Source of the DNA: a virus | Taxonomy: Duplodnaviria; Caudoviricetes | Reading direction: 5' to 3' (one strand) | DNA length: 64,000 nucleotides | Virus record (IMG/VR): IMGVR_UViG_3300028571_002036 | Location: 1-64,000 of that record | The notes under the pieces: generated by a model | What the model was told of the DNA's origin: nothing | The model's database searches: none | What the model saw: only the letters and a program-made list of their open reading frames with translations | In this document: positions 9,991 to 19,973 of the stretch, piece after piece | Layout of the letters: every line of letters starts with the position of its first letter | Position numbering within the stretch: position 1 is the stretch's first letter | Program-made: the position numbers and the translations under genes

Positions 9991-11002
9991 GCTAGTAGAA
10001 ATACAAAGAATAGAAATATTTGAAGAAGAACTTCCTAAACTCCAACCAGGACAAATTCTTGTTGCAATGAAATCGGTGGGTATCTGTGGCTCAGATATGC
10101 ACTACTTCAAAGAGGGGGGATTGGGGTCTTTTAAAACCCCACTGCCAATGTATATGGGGCATGAACCTGCAGGACAGGTAATAGATGCAAATGGTTCCCT
10201 TAAGTTTAAAGAGGGGGACAGAGTAGCTGTTGAACCTGGTATGCCTTGTATTACAAGTTTTTGGTCGTTAAAGGGTAAACATAATCTGTGTGACAAAGGC
10301 ACATTTATGGGTGCAAATGCTCAGGGTGCTTTTGCAGATTATGTTATTGTTGAAGAACTTCAGTTGGTAAAAATACCAGATTCCATGTCTTACGATTTGG
10401 CATCACTAATGGAACCTTTAGGGGTTTGTCTTCACACCGCCAACCTTATTGAACCCAAGTTCATTGAAAGTGCAACTATTTTTGGTGCGGGACCAATAGG
10501 TTTGTCTATGTTTTCAATTTTAAAAAAGATGGGATTAAAAAACATATTTATGGTTGATAAGTTGAAATACCGTGTTGATTTTGCAAAAAAGTTTGGAGCA
10601 ACAGATGCTTTCCTTTTAAGTGATGATTGGATTAAAAAAATTAAAAGTCAAACAGAAAACTTAGGCACAACATTAGCAATTGACACTGGTGGAACTACCG
10701 ATTCTATTGATGGATGTATTAATGTGGCCGCTGTCAATGGTAGAGTTGCTTTGATTGGTATACCCGAAGCAGACTGGGTTAGCTACAATCCTCATCGAAT
10801 GAGAAGTAAAGAATTGACAATTAAAAACGTAAGAAGGTCAAATCAGACTCTTGATGATTGTGTGATAAACTACGGCGAAGACTCTGAGATGGAACAAATA
10901 ATAACCCATAAATATGAATTCGAAAAAATTCAACAAGCCTTCGAGTTGGTTGCACAATATAATGACAAGGTCATAAAATGCATTATAACAAATAATAGAT
11001 GA
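9971..11002 (+). CDS. Zinc-dependent (sorbitol/threonine-type) dehydrogenase
   Basis: 'GICGSDMH', 'GHEPAG', 'GDRVAVEP', 'GAGPIG'. Confidence 0.9.
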   Translation: MKNRVAKLVEIQRIEIFEEELPKLQPGQILVAMKSVGICGSDMHYFKEGGLGSFKTPLPMYMGHEPAGQVIDANGSLKFKEGDRVAVEPGMPCITSFWSLKGKHNLCDKGTFMGANAQGAFADYVIVEELQLVKIPDSMSYDLASLMEPLGVCLHTANLIEPKFIESATIFGAGPIGLSMFSILKKMGLKNIFMVDKLKYRVDFAKKFGATDAFLLSDDWIKKIKSQTENLGTTLAIDTGGTTDSIDGCINVAAVNGRVALIGIPEADWVSYNPHRMRSKELTIKNVRRSNQTLDDCVINYGEDSEMEQIITHKYEFEKIQQAFELVAQYNDKVIKCIITNNR

Positions 11003-11604
11003 AACTTAATTTAGATTACAAAGATGACCCACGATGGGCAAGAATGGGTGACAATCACAAAAATTTAAGATTACCAAATTTGTTTATTCATATCCTTTAT
11101 GAATATCAAAACCAAATTTCAAATTTAAATGAGATAAAATTTGCTGTTGAAACGGGAACCTTTGAGGGACAAACAACAGAAATTATGGCAGAGCACTTTG
11201 ATAGTGTATTTACGGTAGAAAAATTTGTTACAAAAAATCCATATACCGGTAAAAACAACTGGCATCTCTATCAGACATTAAAAGAAAAATATAAGAATAT
11301 ATCATTTACTGAGGGTGATTCAGAAATTTTTCTCGAAAAACTTTTTGAAGAGTTTCCTGACGATAGATTTTTTATTTTACTTGACGCTCACCACAATGAA
11401 AAGGGGCCACTACAAAGAGAGCTTGAGGTAATTCGTGATTTTAGTAAATGTAAAAACCATGTTATTATTGTTGATGACGGGGCTGATTTGGGTAGAGGAG
11501 ATTTTCCAAGTAAAGAAACCTTTGAAAGAATTATTATGGAAATAAATCCAAAATATAAAACTATAAACACCGGCTTAGGGAATCAAATATATTTAATTTT
11601 TTGA
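10999..11604 (+). CDS. Methyltransferase-fold protein
   Basis: 'VETGTFEG.T', 'GDSEIFL', 'LDAH', 'IIVDD'. Confidence 0.7.
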   Translation: MKLNLDYKDDPRWARMGDNHKNLRLPNLFIHILYEYQNQISNLNEIKFAVETGTFEGQTTEIMAEHFDSVFTVEKFVTKNPYTGKNNWHLYQTLKEKYKNISFTEGDSEIFLEKLFEEFPDDRFFILLDAHHNEKGPLQRELEVIRDFSKCKNHVIIVDDGADLGRGDFPSKETFERIIMEINPKYKTINTGLGNQIYLIF

Positions 11605-12542
11605 AAATGAAAAAATACATTATTACAACTACAATCAACAGTCCCACGGAGGCAACAATTAAATTTTGTGAAATTGCGGATAAAAAAGATTTTACATTTG
11701 TGATTATTGGAGACACAAAAACTCCGCATGACGAATACAGATTACTTGAAAAAAAGTATCAGAATGTAATTTATCTTGCGCCTGAAAATCAGGAACTTTT
11801 GTATCCGGAACTTTCAGAAATAATAGGTTGGAAGACAATTCAAAGGAGAAACATTGGATTTGTGTATGCTTATCAACATGGTGCAGATGTTGTTGCTACC
11901 GTAGATGATGACAATATTCCCTACGATATCTGGGGAGATAATATCATGGTAGGTAAAGAGATGATTGTTGACTTGTATGAAAACATTTCATGTCCCTACT
12001 TTGATGCAATATCAACAACCGAACATAACGACTTATGGCATAGAGGATTTCCGATTGAATATCTTCAGGTAAAAAATAACATCGAATATAAAGGTCAAAC
12101 AACAATTACACCTTTAGTTCAAGCTGAGTTTTGGGATGGTGACCCCGACATTGATGCTATTTGTCGATTAAGTAAAAAACCAATTGTGAAATTTAATAAA
12201 TTTGCACCTTTTACTACTAACCAACTAACCCCTTTTAATTCACAAAACACATTCCTCCACAGAAGTGTTTTAAAAAATTATTCAGTTTTTCCTTACACAG
12301 GTAGAATGGATGATATATGGGGTGCATATGTAATGCAACATTACCACCCAAATTCAGTAATCTTTACAAGTGCCTCAGTATACCAAGCAAGAAATCCACA
12401 AGACTTGGTAAAAAACTTAGAGAACGAAGTAATCGGATACAGAAACACTTTAAAATTATTAGAAAACATAAATGATTACGAAACTATTTTACCGGAACAA
12501 ACCGTAAAGTATTTTGAAATCTACCAAAAACATTTTAATTAA
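11601..12542 (+). CDS. STELLO/DUF288-like putative glycosyltransferase
   Basis: 'IITTTINSPT', 'IGDTKTP', 'RRNIGFVYA', 'DDDN', 'HRGFP', 'DPDIDAI', 'PFNSQNT', 'RMDDIW'. Confidence 0.75.
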   Translation: MKMKKYIITTTINSPTEATIKFCEIADKKDFTFVIIGDTKTPHDEYRLLEKKYQNVIYLAPENQELLYPELSEIIGWKTIQRRNIGFVYAYQHGADVVATVDDDNIPYDIWGDNIMVGKEMIVDLYENISCPYFDAISTTEHNDLWHRGFPIEYLQVKNNIEYKGQTTITPLVQAEFWDGDPDIDAICRLSKKPIVKFNKFAPFTTNQLTPFNSQNTFLHRSVLKNYSVFPYTGRMDDIWGAYVMQHYHPNSVIFTSASVYQARNPQDLVKNLENEVIGYRNTLKLLENINDYETILPEQTVKYFEIYQKHFN

Positions 12543-12543
12543 A

Positions 12544-13170
12544 ATGAATATTATTTTTGACATTGGGGCCAATAGAGGACGTACAGCAGAGATTTTCCTA
12601 AATCATGCGGAAAAAGTTATTAGTTTTGAACCAAATCCTAGTTTGGTTAATCATCTGAAACATCTTTTTCCTAATTCGAAACTTCACATTGACAATCGTG
12701 CAATTTCTCACGCAAGAGGAACACAAGAATTCAAACTTGCAAATGTGGATACAATTTCTACATTATCAACTGACTGGGTTGAAAACTCAAGATTCACAGG
12801 TGAATATACCTGGGATAACTCAATTATGGTTGAGACATTAACATTGTCCGATGCAATTGCCAAATACGGAATTCCAGATTACATCAAAATTGATACTGAA
12901 GGGTATGAATATGAAATATTAACTAACTTTCATGAGTTTTTACCCAATACCTTATTTGCTTTCGAATGGGCAGAAGAACAAAAAGAAAAAATTGTTAAAA
13001 TCTTGAATCACATAAATGCGTTAGGCTACAAAAATTTTGCGTATACTGAGGGTGACCCAGTATTATTTGATGAGCAAATAAGTTGGTCAGATTTTGATAA
13101 TTTTAAATTGATTGACACTTTAGACTCAAGTAGAAAAGCCTTGTGGGGTATGATTTACTTCAAAAAATAA
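12544..13170 (+). CDS. FkbM-family methyltransferase
   Basis: 'FDIGANRG', 'FEPNP', 'PDYIKIDTEGYE'. Confidence 0.9.
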   Translation: MNIIFDIGANRGRTAEIFLNHAEKVISFEPNPSLVNHLKHLFPNSKLHIDNRAISHARGTQEFKLANVDTISTLSTDWVENSRFTGEYTWDNSIMVETLTLSDAIAKYGIPDYIKIDTEGYEYEILTNFHEFLPNTLFAFEWAEEQKEKIVKILNHINALGYKNFAYTEGDPVLFDEQISWSDFDNFKLIDTLDSSRKALWGMIYFKK

Positions 13171-13200
13171 AAACTTATGATTTTTAAAAAATAGATTAGA

Positions 13201-14292
13201 ATGAAAAAAATAGTTGTTCTTGGCGGTGGTGGTTTTATTGGTGGACACCTTGCACACAAATTAAAAAAAGATGGACATTGGGTCCGCATCTGTGATATCA
13301 AAAGACATGAATATTGGGACAATGAAGATATTTGTCAAGAATTTATTGTTGGTGACCTTCGTAATCCTGAAGTAGTATCTTTAGTTATCGACGACACTAT
13401 TGATGAAGTTTATCAACTTGCCGCTGACATGGGTGGCGCTGGTTACATCTTTACAGGTGATAATGATGCTAATGTAATGCACAATTCTGCGTTAATAAAC
13501 TTGAATGTGGTACATGAATGTGTTAGGAAAAAAGTTGGTAAAGTTTTTTATTCGTCATCAGCGTGTATGTACCCTGAACACAATCAATTAGACCCTAATA
13601 ACCCAAATTGCGAAGAATCGTCAGCTTATCCAGCAAACCCAGACTCCGAATACGGATGGGAAAAACTTTTTTCTGAAAGATTGTTTTTAGCTTTCCACAG
13701 AAACTACGGACTTGATGTAAGAGTCGCTCGTTTTCATAATATCTTCGGACCAATGGGGACATGGATTGGTGGTAAAGAAAAGGCGCCAGCTGCAATGTGT
13801 AGAAAAGTTGCTGAAGGGGAATCAGAAATCGAGGTTTGGGGTGATGGACAACAAACCCGTTCGTTCCTTTATGTTGACGAATGTGTTGAAGCTGTTTTGA
13901 AAATGATGGAATCTGATTTTATAGGTCCTGTCAATATAGGTTCAGAAGAAATGGTAACTATTAACCAATTAGCAGAAATGGCAATTAACATTTCTGAAAA
14001 AGATATTAAAATCAAAAATTTGGGAGGTCAAGATTTTCTTGAAAAATATGGTTTTAGTTGTCCAGTTGGTGTTCGTGGTAGAAACTCAGACAACAAATTG
14101 TTCAGAGAAAAGATTGGTTGGGAAGTTTCACAACCACTAAGAGTTGGAATGGAAAAAACTTACTCTTGGATTCAAGAACAAGTTGAAAAAAAGAACTCAG
14201 AAAAAGTTTTCATTTATGAAAGTCCTGACGGTGGAAATACTGTCTATCGTCGTGAATTTGGTAAACCACATTCTGAAAGAGAAATTGTGTGA
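13201..14292 (+). CDS. GDP-mannose 3,5-epimerase-like extended SDR
   Basis: 'GGGGFIGGH', 'LAADMGGAGYI', 'SSACMYP', 'PDSEYGWEKL', 'EKAPAAMCRK', 'GVRGRNSDN'. Confidence 0.9.
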   Translation: MKKIVVLGGGGFIGGHLAHKLKKDGHWVRICDIKRHEYWDNEDICQEFIVGDLRNPEVVSLVIDDTIDEVYQLAADMGGAGYIFTGDNDANVMHNSALINLNVVHECVRKKVGKVFYSSSACMYPEHNQLDPNNPNCEESSAYPANPDSEYGWEKLFSERLFLAFHRNYGLDVRVARFHNIFGPMGTWIGGKEKAPAAMCRKVAEGESEIEVWGDGQQTRSFLYVDECVEAVLKMMESDFIGPVNIGSEEMVTINQLAEMAINISEKDIKIKNLGGQDFLEKYGFSCPVGVRGRNSDNKLFREKIGWEVSQPLRVGMEKTYSWIQEQVEKKNSEKVFIYESPDGGNTVYRREFGKPHSEREIV

Positions 14293-14729
14293 TTAAACAT
14301 TACATTTCACACCGAGGTAATATAGACGGGAGAATAATGAATGCCGAAAATTCTCCCCAACATATCTCAAATGCTTTATCTCGAGGATATGAAGTGGAAA
14401 TCGATGTGTGGTTCGTCAATGACTCATTTTATTTGGGTCACGACGAACCTCTTTATTTGGTGGATGAAGAGTTTTTAGAGAATGAAAAATTTTGGTGTCA
14501 CGCTAAAAATGGAGAATCGTTTCACAAAATGTTATCTAATTCAAAAATACATTGTTTTTGGCATCAAACTGATGACTACACCCTAACCTCAAAAGGGATA
14601 CCTTGGGTTTTTCCCGGTAAAAAAGTTTACGATAACGCCATTTGGGTTTTACCCGAGAAGACCACCTATAAAAATATTATGTTAAATTGTTTAGGAATTT
14701 GTTCAGATAATATTTTGAGATACAAATGA
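14289..14729 (+). CDS. PLC-like/GDPD-fold phosphodiesterase-like protein
   Basis: 'ISHRGN', 'EN.P', 'GYEVEIDVW', 'LGHD', 'WCHAKN', 'GICSD'. Confidence 0.7.
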   Translation: MIKHYISHRGNIDGRIMNAENSPQHISNALSRGYEVEIDVWFVNDSFYLGHDEPLYLVDEEFLENEKFWCHAKNGESFHKMLSNSKIHCFWHQTDDYTLTSKGIPWVFPGKKVYDNAIWVLPEKTTYKNIMLNCLGICSDNILRYK

Positions 14730-16090
14730 TAAAATTAATTGTTTTTGATTTAGACGGTGTGTTAATTGAGGCAAAACAATTACACTATGAAGCTCTCAAT
14801 GATGCCCTAAATCTACATTCACCAAATTGTGTAATATCTTGGAATGAACACCTATCTAAATATGATGGTTTAAAAACCAAACAGAAACTTGAAATGTTAA
14901 GTAAAGAAAAAGGTTTTGACCGTGATTTACATAATGTTGTTTGGGAAGAAAAACAAAAAATCACGAACGAAAAATTAAAAAATATTTCCCCCCATTCTAA
15001 TTTGATAGACCTACTAAAAAAACTATCAGAAGATGGGTTTAAAATTGCGTGTTGTAGTAATTCAATAAGAAAGACTGTACTCACGGTTTTATCAAAGTTA
15101 GATATTATCGAATACTTCGACCAAATACTATCTAATGAGGATGTTAAAAACAGCAAGCCCCACCCTGAGATTTATTGGAAGGTCATCTCTGAGATGGGTG
15201 TCATTGCAGAGGAGACTTTAATTGTTGAGGACTCTCCTTACGGACTTTTAGCCGCGTCAAGAACACATGCTCCAATACTGAGGGTAAAGTCCCCCAAAGA
15301 GGTTAATATTGATAATCTGTATAGAAAATTAAACGAATTAAATAACAAGTTCAAAATGAAGAAACCCAAATGGACTGACGAGACCCTTAATGTATTAATT
15401 CCCATGGCGGGTGCTGGCTCAAGATTCGAAAAAGCGGGTTATACCTTTCCTAAACCTCTTATTGATGTTGAAGGTGACCCTATGATTAAAGTAGTAACTG
15501 AAAACTTAAACATCAAAGCCAACTACATCTATATTGTTCAAAAATCCCACAGGGAGAAGTATAACTTGGACACATTACTTGGTATGGTTTCTCCTGGGTG
15601 TAAAATCGTTGAAGTTGAAGGAATTACTGAGGGCGCTGCCAGTACCACACTTTTAGCAAAAGAATATATCGATAATGATAACCCATTGGTTATGGCAAAC
15701 TCAGACCAATTTATTGAGTGGGATTCAAACGAGTTTATGTATAAGATGTCAGAGACCGATTGTGATGGGGGTATTGTAACATTTGAATCGACACACCCTA
15801 AATGGTCTTTTGCAAAGGTTAACGAAAGCGGATTAGTCACGGAAGTTGCAGAGAAGAATCCTATTTCAAACATTGCAACAGTGGGGGTGTACTATTGGAA
15901 GAAAGGTTCTGACTATGTTAGGTATGCAGAACAGATGATTGAAAAAAATCTAAGGGTCAATAACGAATTTTATGTATGTCCTGTATTCAATGTTGCTATA
16001 CAGGACAATAAAGAAATTAGAACTTTTGAAATCACAAAAATGTGGGGATTGGGTACTCCTGAGGATTTAAATACCTACCTAAGACGATAA
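14726..16090 (+). CDS. HAD phosphatase fused to sugar-phosphate nucleotidyltransferase
   Basis: N-terminal 'FDLDGVL', 'KPHPEIY', 'VEDS'; C-terminal 'IPMAGAGSRF...PKPLI' and 'GLGTPEDL'. Confidence 0.9.
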   Translation: MIKLIVFDLDGVLIEAKQLHYEALNDALNLHSPNCVISWNEHLSKYDGLKTKQKLEMLSKEKGFDRDLHNVVWEEKQKITNEKLKNISPHSNLIDLLKKLSEDGFKIACCSNSIRKTVLTVLSKLDIIEYFDQILSNEDVKNSKPHPEIYWKVISEMGVIAEETLIVEDSPYGLLAASRTHAPILRVKSPKEVNIDNLYRKLNELNNKFKMKKPKWTDETLNVLIPMAGAGSRFEKAGYTFPKPLIDVEGDPMIKVVTENLNIKANYIYIVQKSHREKYNLDTLLGMVSPGCKIVEVEGITEGAASTTLLAKEYIDNDNPLVMANSDQFIEWDSNEFMYKMSETDCDGGIVTFESTHPKWSFAKVNESGLVTEVAEKNPISNIATVGVYYWKKGSDYVRYAEQMIEKNLRVNNEFYVCPVFNVAIQDNKEIRTFEITKMWGLGTPEDLNTYLRR

Positions 16091-16136
16091 AATGTTTTTT
16101 TTCTATATTTTACCACTATTTTGGTAAAAAAACATT

Positions 16137-16523
16137 ATGATTACAACTCCTATTAGTGTGGGTGAACTTTTGGACAAATTATCGATTTTGTCAATCAAAA
16201 AAAACCGATTAACAAATCCTGACAAATTGTTTCAGGTTGAAAAAGAATTTTCTTTTCTATATGAATTGTCCACACAATTTTTAACCGTTAAAGATTATTT
16301 TAACTTATATGACGATTTAGTTTTGATTAACTCTAAACTATGGGAAATAGAAGATAAGTTACGAGTTCGTGAAAAAAATAAAAAATTCGATGAGGAATTC
16401 ATCGAGCTTGCCAGGTCGGTCTATTATACTAATGATGAGAGATTCGAACTGAAAAATAAAATTAATCTTCTGTCAAATTCAGAAATACAAGAGCAAAAAA
16501 GTTACGAAGATTACAAAAACTAA
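16137..16523 (+). CDS. Conserved hypothetical protein (DUF6165-like)
   Basis: 'PISVGELLDKLSILSIK', 'LWEIED..R', 'FIELARSVY.TNDER...K..IN'. Confidence 0.75.
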   Translation: MITTPISVGELLDKLSILSIKKNRLTNPDKLFQVEKEFSFLYELSTQFLTVKDYFNLYDDLVLINSKLWEIEDKLRVREKNKKFDEEFIELARSVYYTNDERFELKNKINLLSNSEIQEQKSYEDYKN

Positions 16524-16526
16524 TAT

Positions 16527-17252
16527 ATGAGAAAAAAACCATCTCCAACACCATCTTACATGGTACAAGAAACCTCTAAAACCAAAAAGGAAATTATCGG
16601 CTCTATTTTAAAGAAAAAAACAAAAGAAAAATTTTTAACTGAAAGTCAAAAAGAATATTATAAAAAATTAAACGAAGCACAGATAACAATTTGTGCGGGT
16701 CCTGCTGGTGTTGGAAAAAGTTACATAGCCATGAAAGCGGCAATTGACTTGTTGGTAGACCCTTTGAGTCCTTATGAAAAAATTATTATTGTTCGACCTG
16801 CAGTTGAGGCGGAAGAAAAACTTGGTTCACTACCAGGTAATGTTGAAGAAAAACTCGACCCATACATTTTCCCAACATACTACCTCCTTAATAAAATTAT
16901 CGGTAAAGATGCAAGAGAAAAATTGAAGGAGCTTGAAGTCATCGAAGTTTTCGCTCTTGCATATATGAGAGGGATGAACATTGATAACTCAATTTTAATT
17001 TTTGAGGAGGCTCAAAACTCCACACCAAATCAAATGAAACTTCTTTTAACAAGAATTGGTTTTAATTCCAAATTCTTTATTTCGGGTGATTTGGAACAAA
17101 CAGACCGATACAAAGACAAAACACATTCAGGTCTCTATGATGCAATTACTCGATTTAAATCGGTTGACTCAATCTTGTGTCATGAGTTTAGTCAATCAGA
17201 TGTTGTTAGAAATTCATTAATAACAAAAATCTTAGAAAAATACGACCAATGA
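16527..17252 (+). CDS. phoH: PhoH-family ATPase
   Basis: 'GPAGVGKS', 'RPAVEA.EKLG.LPG', 'YMRG', 'EAQN', 'LTRIG', 'GDLEQ.D', 'DVVR'. Confidence 0.93.
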   Translation: MRKKPSPTPSYMVQETSKTKKEIIGSILKKKTKEKFLTESQKEYYKKLNEAQITICAGPAGVGKSYIAMKAAIDLLVDPLSPYEKIIIVRPAVEAEEKLGSLPGNVEEKLDPYIFPTYYLLNKIIGKDAREKLKELEVIEVFALAYMRGMNIDNSILIFEEAQNSTPNQMKLLLTRIGFNSKFFISGDLEQTDRYKDKTHSGLYDAITRFKSVDSILCHEFSQSDVVRNSLITKILEKYDQ

Positions 17253-17848
17253 AAATTGCAATAGAAATCAACGGTGTTCTAAGAGATACCGTTAAAAAAA
17301 TTGAACAGGTATACGAAAAGTTTTATGTTGAGAATATTCTCAATGAAAAAAGAGATTTTGAGTACGAGATTCTTTCACCAATAACTTCATTGAGATTACA
17401 AGACCATCTAAAGTTCAGAGACAACGACGAACTTTATGATTTTCTTTATACCGAACATTGTATGGAAATCTTCGGACACGCATCGTCAACTGAATACAGT
17501 ACTTTTATCGACTTAAATGATTTCTATGTGGACATGAGGGACAACCACGATATCATACTTATTTCTGATGAAATTGGAAAGTCGAAACCCGCAACATTAT
17601 TTTTCCTTTCCAAGTTTGGTTGCCAGATAGAAAAAATCGTTTTCTATAGCCAATTTACTCTACAAACAGTTTGGAACGAAATAGACCTTTTACTTACGGC
17701 AAATCCCGACTTATTATTAAATCATCCTACAGATAAAAAAATTATCAAGTATAATACAAACTATAACACTAATATAACAGATTTACCGAACATTGATAAT
17801 ATCAAAGAACTTAAAAATTTAATAGAAAATGATACCAATTTGGAATGA
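17249..17848 (+). CDS. 5'(3')-deoxyribonucleotidase-like HAD-fold protein, degenerate motif I
   Basis: 'KIAIEINGVLRD' aligns to the I-x-I-D-x-D-G-V-L motif but lacks the catalytic Asp residues. Confidence 0.5.
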   Translation: MKIAIEINGVLRDTVKKIEQVYEKFYVENILNEKRDFEYEILSPITSLRLQDHLKFRDNDELYDFLYTEHCMEIFGHASSTEYSTFIDLNDFYVDMRDNHDIILISDEIGKSKPATLFFLSKFGCQIEKIVFYSQFTLQTVWNEIDLLLTANPDLLLNHPTDKKIIKYNTNYNTNITDLPNIDNIKELKNLIENDTNLE

Positions 17849-18107
17849 AAATTACTATATCGATTTAGAAAGAATCGAAGAATTCATTGATTTAACTAAT
17901 GTTATCAATGAAGAGCTTAGTGGTAACACTAACGAACATAAAATTAATGTTGTCAAGTTTGAAATGGTAAAGATGATGTTAGAGGTCATTATGACTGAAC
18001 ATCCTGAAGGTGATGAAAAACTCGGAATTAAAAATTCAGAATTATCCATACCATTTAGATTAGCGTTTAACTCGTTACTAAATAAAAAAATTATTAACAA
18101 ATATTAA
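17808..18107 (+). CDS. Hypothetical protein (ATG at 17829)
   Basis: 92-aa ORF overlapping the end of the upstream gene; operon-like packing. Confidence 0.55.
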
Positions 18108-18108
18108 A

Positions 18109-19164
18109 ATGGACCAACCACAAATAGACAAAGTCAAACTTTCAATTAGTAATCTAAGAGAGAAAAAATCAAAACTATATTTTTTCATTCACGATACTAA
18201 AGGTAATGCCAAATCCTCTATCAAATACATTTATGATTTGGCATTCACACTTAAACGCAGTGGATTTAATTCAATTATCCTACATGAGAAACCCGATTAT
18301 ACAGGAGTTGGTTCATGGTTGGGTGAAGAATATATGACTGAAATTCCACACCAAGTAATCGATGGGCAAAATGTTGAAATTGCACCTGAAGATTTCTTGA
18401 TTGTTCCCGAAATTTTCGGTTTCATGATGGACCAAGTTAAAAACCTACCTTGTGGTAAAATTGTGTTGACACAGTCTTACGCATATATGTTGGAAACTCT
18501 TCAACCTGGTCAGACTTGGAATCAGTATGGATTCTTTAAAACCATTACCACATCTGAAGTACAAAAAGATTACATCAATAAAGTAATGAGAGGTCAATCG
18601 TATGATATCATCGAACCATTTATTTCTGATATTTTCAAAAAAAGAAATTTACCACCACTACCTATTATTGGTATTCACTCTAGAGAACAAGAAGACACTA
18701 TCAATCTTATCAAAACATTCTATCTAAGATTTCCACAATACAGATGGTTTACCTTCCGTGATTTAAGGGGTCTTTCCCAAGAAGAATTTGCTAATGCAAT
18801 TTCGGAGTGTTTCGTTTCAGTTTGGATTGACAGACAAAGTGCCTACGGTACTTTCCCATTAGAATCCATGAAAGTAGGTGTTCCAGTAATTGGTATTACA
18901 CCCAACTTGGTTCCTGAGTGGATGAATGAAAATAACGGTATTTGGATAAAAGATGAAATTCTTCTATCAGACATTATTGCTGATTGGACCCAAAATTGGT
19001 TAGAAGATAACATTTCTCAAGAAATGTATACGAATATGCAAGAAACTGTCGATAAACTTCCGACAAAAGAACAGTTTGAAAATAAAACCATAGATTTATT
19101 CACAGAATATCTCGAATTAAGAGCACAATCTATGGAAGAACAAATCTCTAAATTTAACGATTAA
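18109..19164 (+). CDS. GT-B fold glycosyltransferase-like protein
   Basis: 'DFLIVPE' and 'AYGTFPLESMKVGVPVIG' (E-x7-E-like GT4 signature). Confidence 0.7.
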   Translation: MDQPQIDKVKLSISNLREKKSKLYFFIHDTKGNAKSSIKYIYDLAFTLKRSGFNSIILHEKPDYTGVGSWLGEEYMTEIPHQVIDGQNVEIAPEDFLIVPEIFGFMMDQVKNLPCGKIVLTQSYAYMLETLQPGQTWNQYGFFKTITTSEVQKDYINKVMRGQSYDIIEPFISDIFKKRNLPPLPIIGIHSREQEDTINLIKTFYLRFPQYRWFTFRDLRGLSQEEFANAISECFVSVWIDRQSAYGTFPLESMKVGVPVIGITPNLVPEWMNENNGIWIKDEILLSDIIADWTQNWLEDNISQEMYTNMQETVDKLPTKEQFENKTIDLFTEYLELRAQSMEEQISKFND

Positions 19165-19166
19165 TT

Positions 19167-19973
19167 ATGAACACACCTTTAGACATTACAATTGTATTAC
19201 CAATTAAATCTGCGGTATCCCGAGATTTCGAAGATTACTTCGAAAAAGCGATTACATCGATAAAGAATCAAAAAGTATCTGTAAAAGAACTATTGATTGT
19301 TACTACAACAGAAGAAAAATTAAACAATTATGTTGATGGATTCGATTTTGGAGAAATTAATATGAGAAAAATTGTTTGGGACAAGGAAGCAACCTTTGCA
19401 TCTCAAGTTAACTTTGGTATCGAAAACGCAACTACAAAATGGGTTTCATTTTTTGAGTTTGATGATGAATACTCAACAATTTGGTTTGACAATGTTCGTA
19501 AGTACATGGGATATTACCCAATGGTACAGGCATTCCTACCAGTTGTTGTTGATACCGATGAAAAAGGTACCTTCGCTGGTTTTACAAATGAAGCGGTATT
19601 TGCCGCAAACTTCGCACAAGAAGTTGGTTTTTTAACTAACGATATCCTTCAAGACTATCAAAATTTCCAAACCTCGGGTATGGTTATTCGTAAAGATGTT
19701 ATTGATGATTTTGGTGGTTTTAAATCATCAATCAAATTGACTTTTGTATATGAGTTCTTACTTAGACTTACATACAATTCTACATCAATTATGACAATTC
19801 CAAAACTTGGATACAAACACACCAACATGAGAGAGGGTTCTCTATTTTGGAATTACAAATTCGGTCAAGAAAAAATGTTGGATGAAGAAGTCAAGTTTTG
19901 GGTTCAATCGGCAAAAAAAGAGTACTTCTTCAAAGAAGATAGAACAATAAATTTCCAAGCAAGTAATGATTGA
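19167..19973 (+). CDS. GT2-like glycosyltransferase
   Basis: 'ITIVLPI', 'AITSIKNQ', 'NFGIENATTKWVSFFEFDD', 'GGFK...EFLLRL'. Confidence 0.75.
   Translation: MNTPLDITIVLPIKSAVSRDFEDYFEKAITSIKNQKVSVKELLIVTTTEEKLNNYVDGFDFGEINMRKIVWDKEATFASQVNFGIENATTKWVSFFEFDDEYSTIWFDNVRKYMGYYPMVQAFLPVVVDTDEKGTFAGFTNEAVFAANFAQEVGFLTNDILQDYQNFQTSGMVIRKDVIDDFGGFKSSIKLTFVYEFLLRLTYNSTSIMTIPKLGYKHTNMREGSLFWNYKFGQEKMLDEEVKFWVQSAKKEYFFKEDRTINFQASND

Noticed and set aside
9971-14292. Ascorbate (Smirnoff-Wheeler) pathway suggested by the GDP-mannose 3,5-epimerase
   Set aside because: No recognisable GDP-L-galactose phosphorylase or lactone dehydrogenase is present, and the glycosyltransferase context explains the epimerase better.
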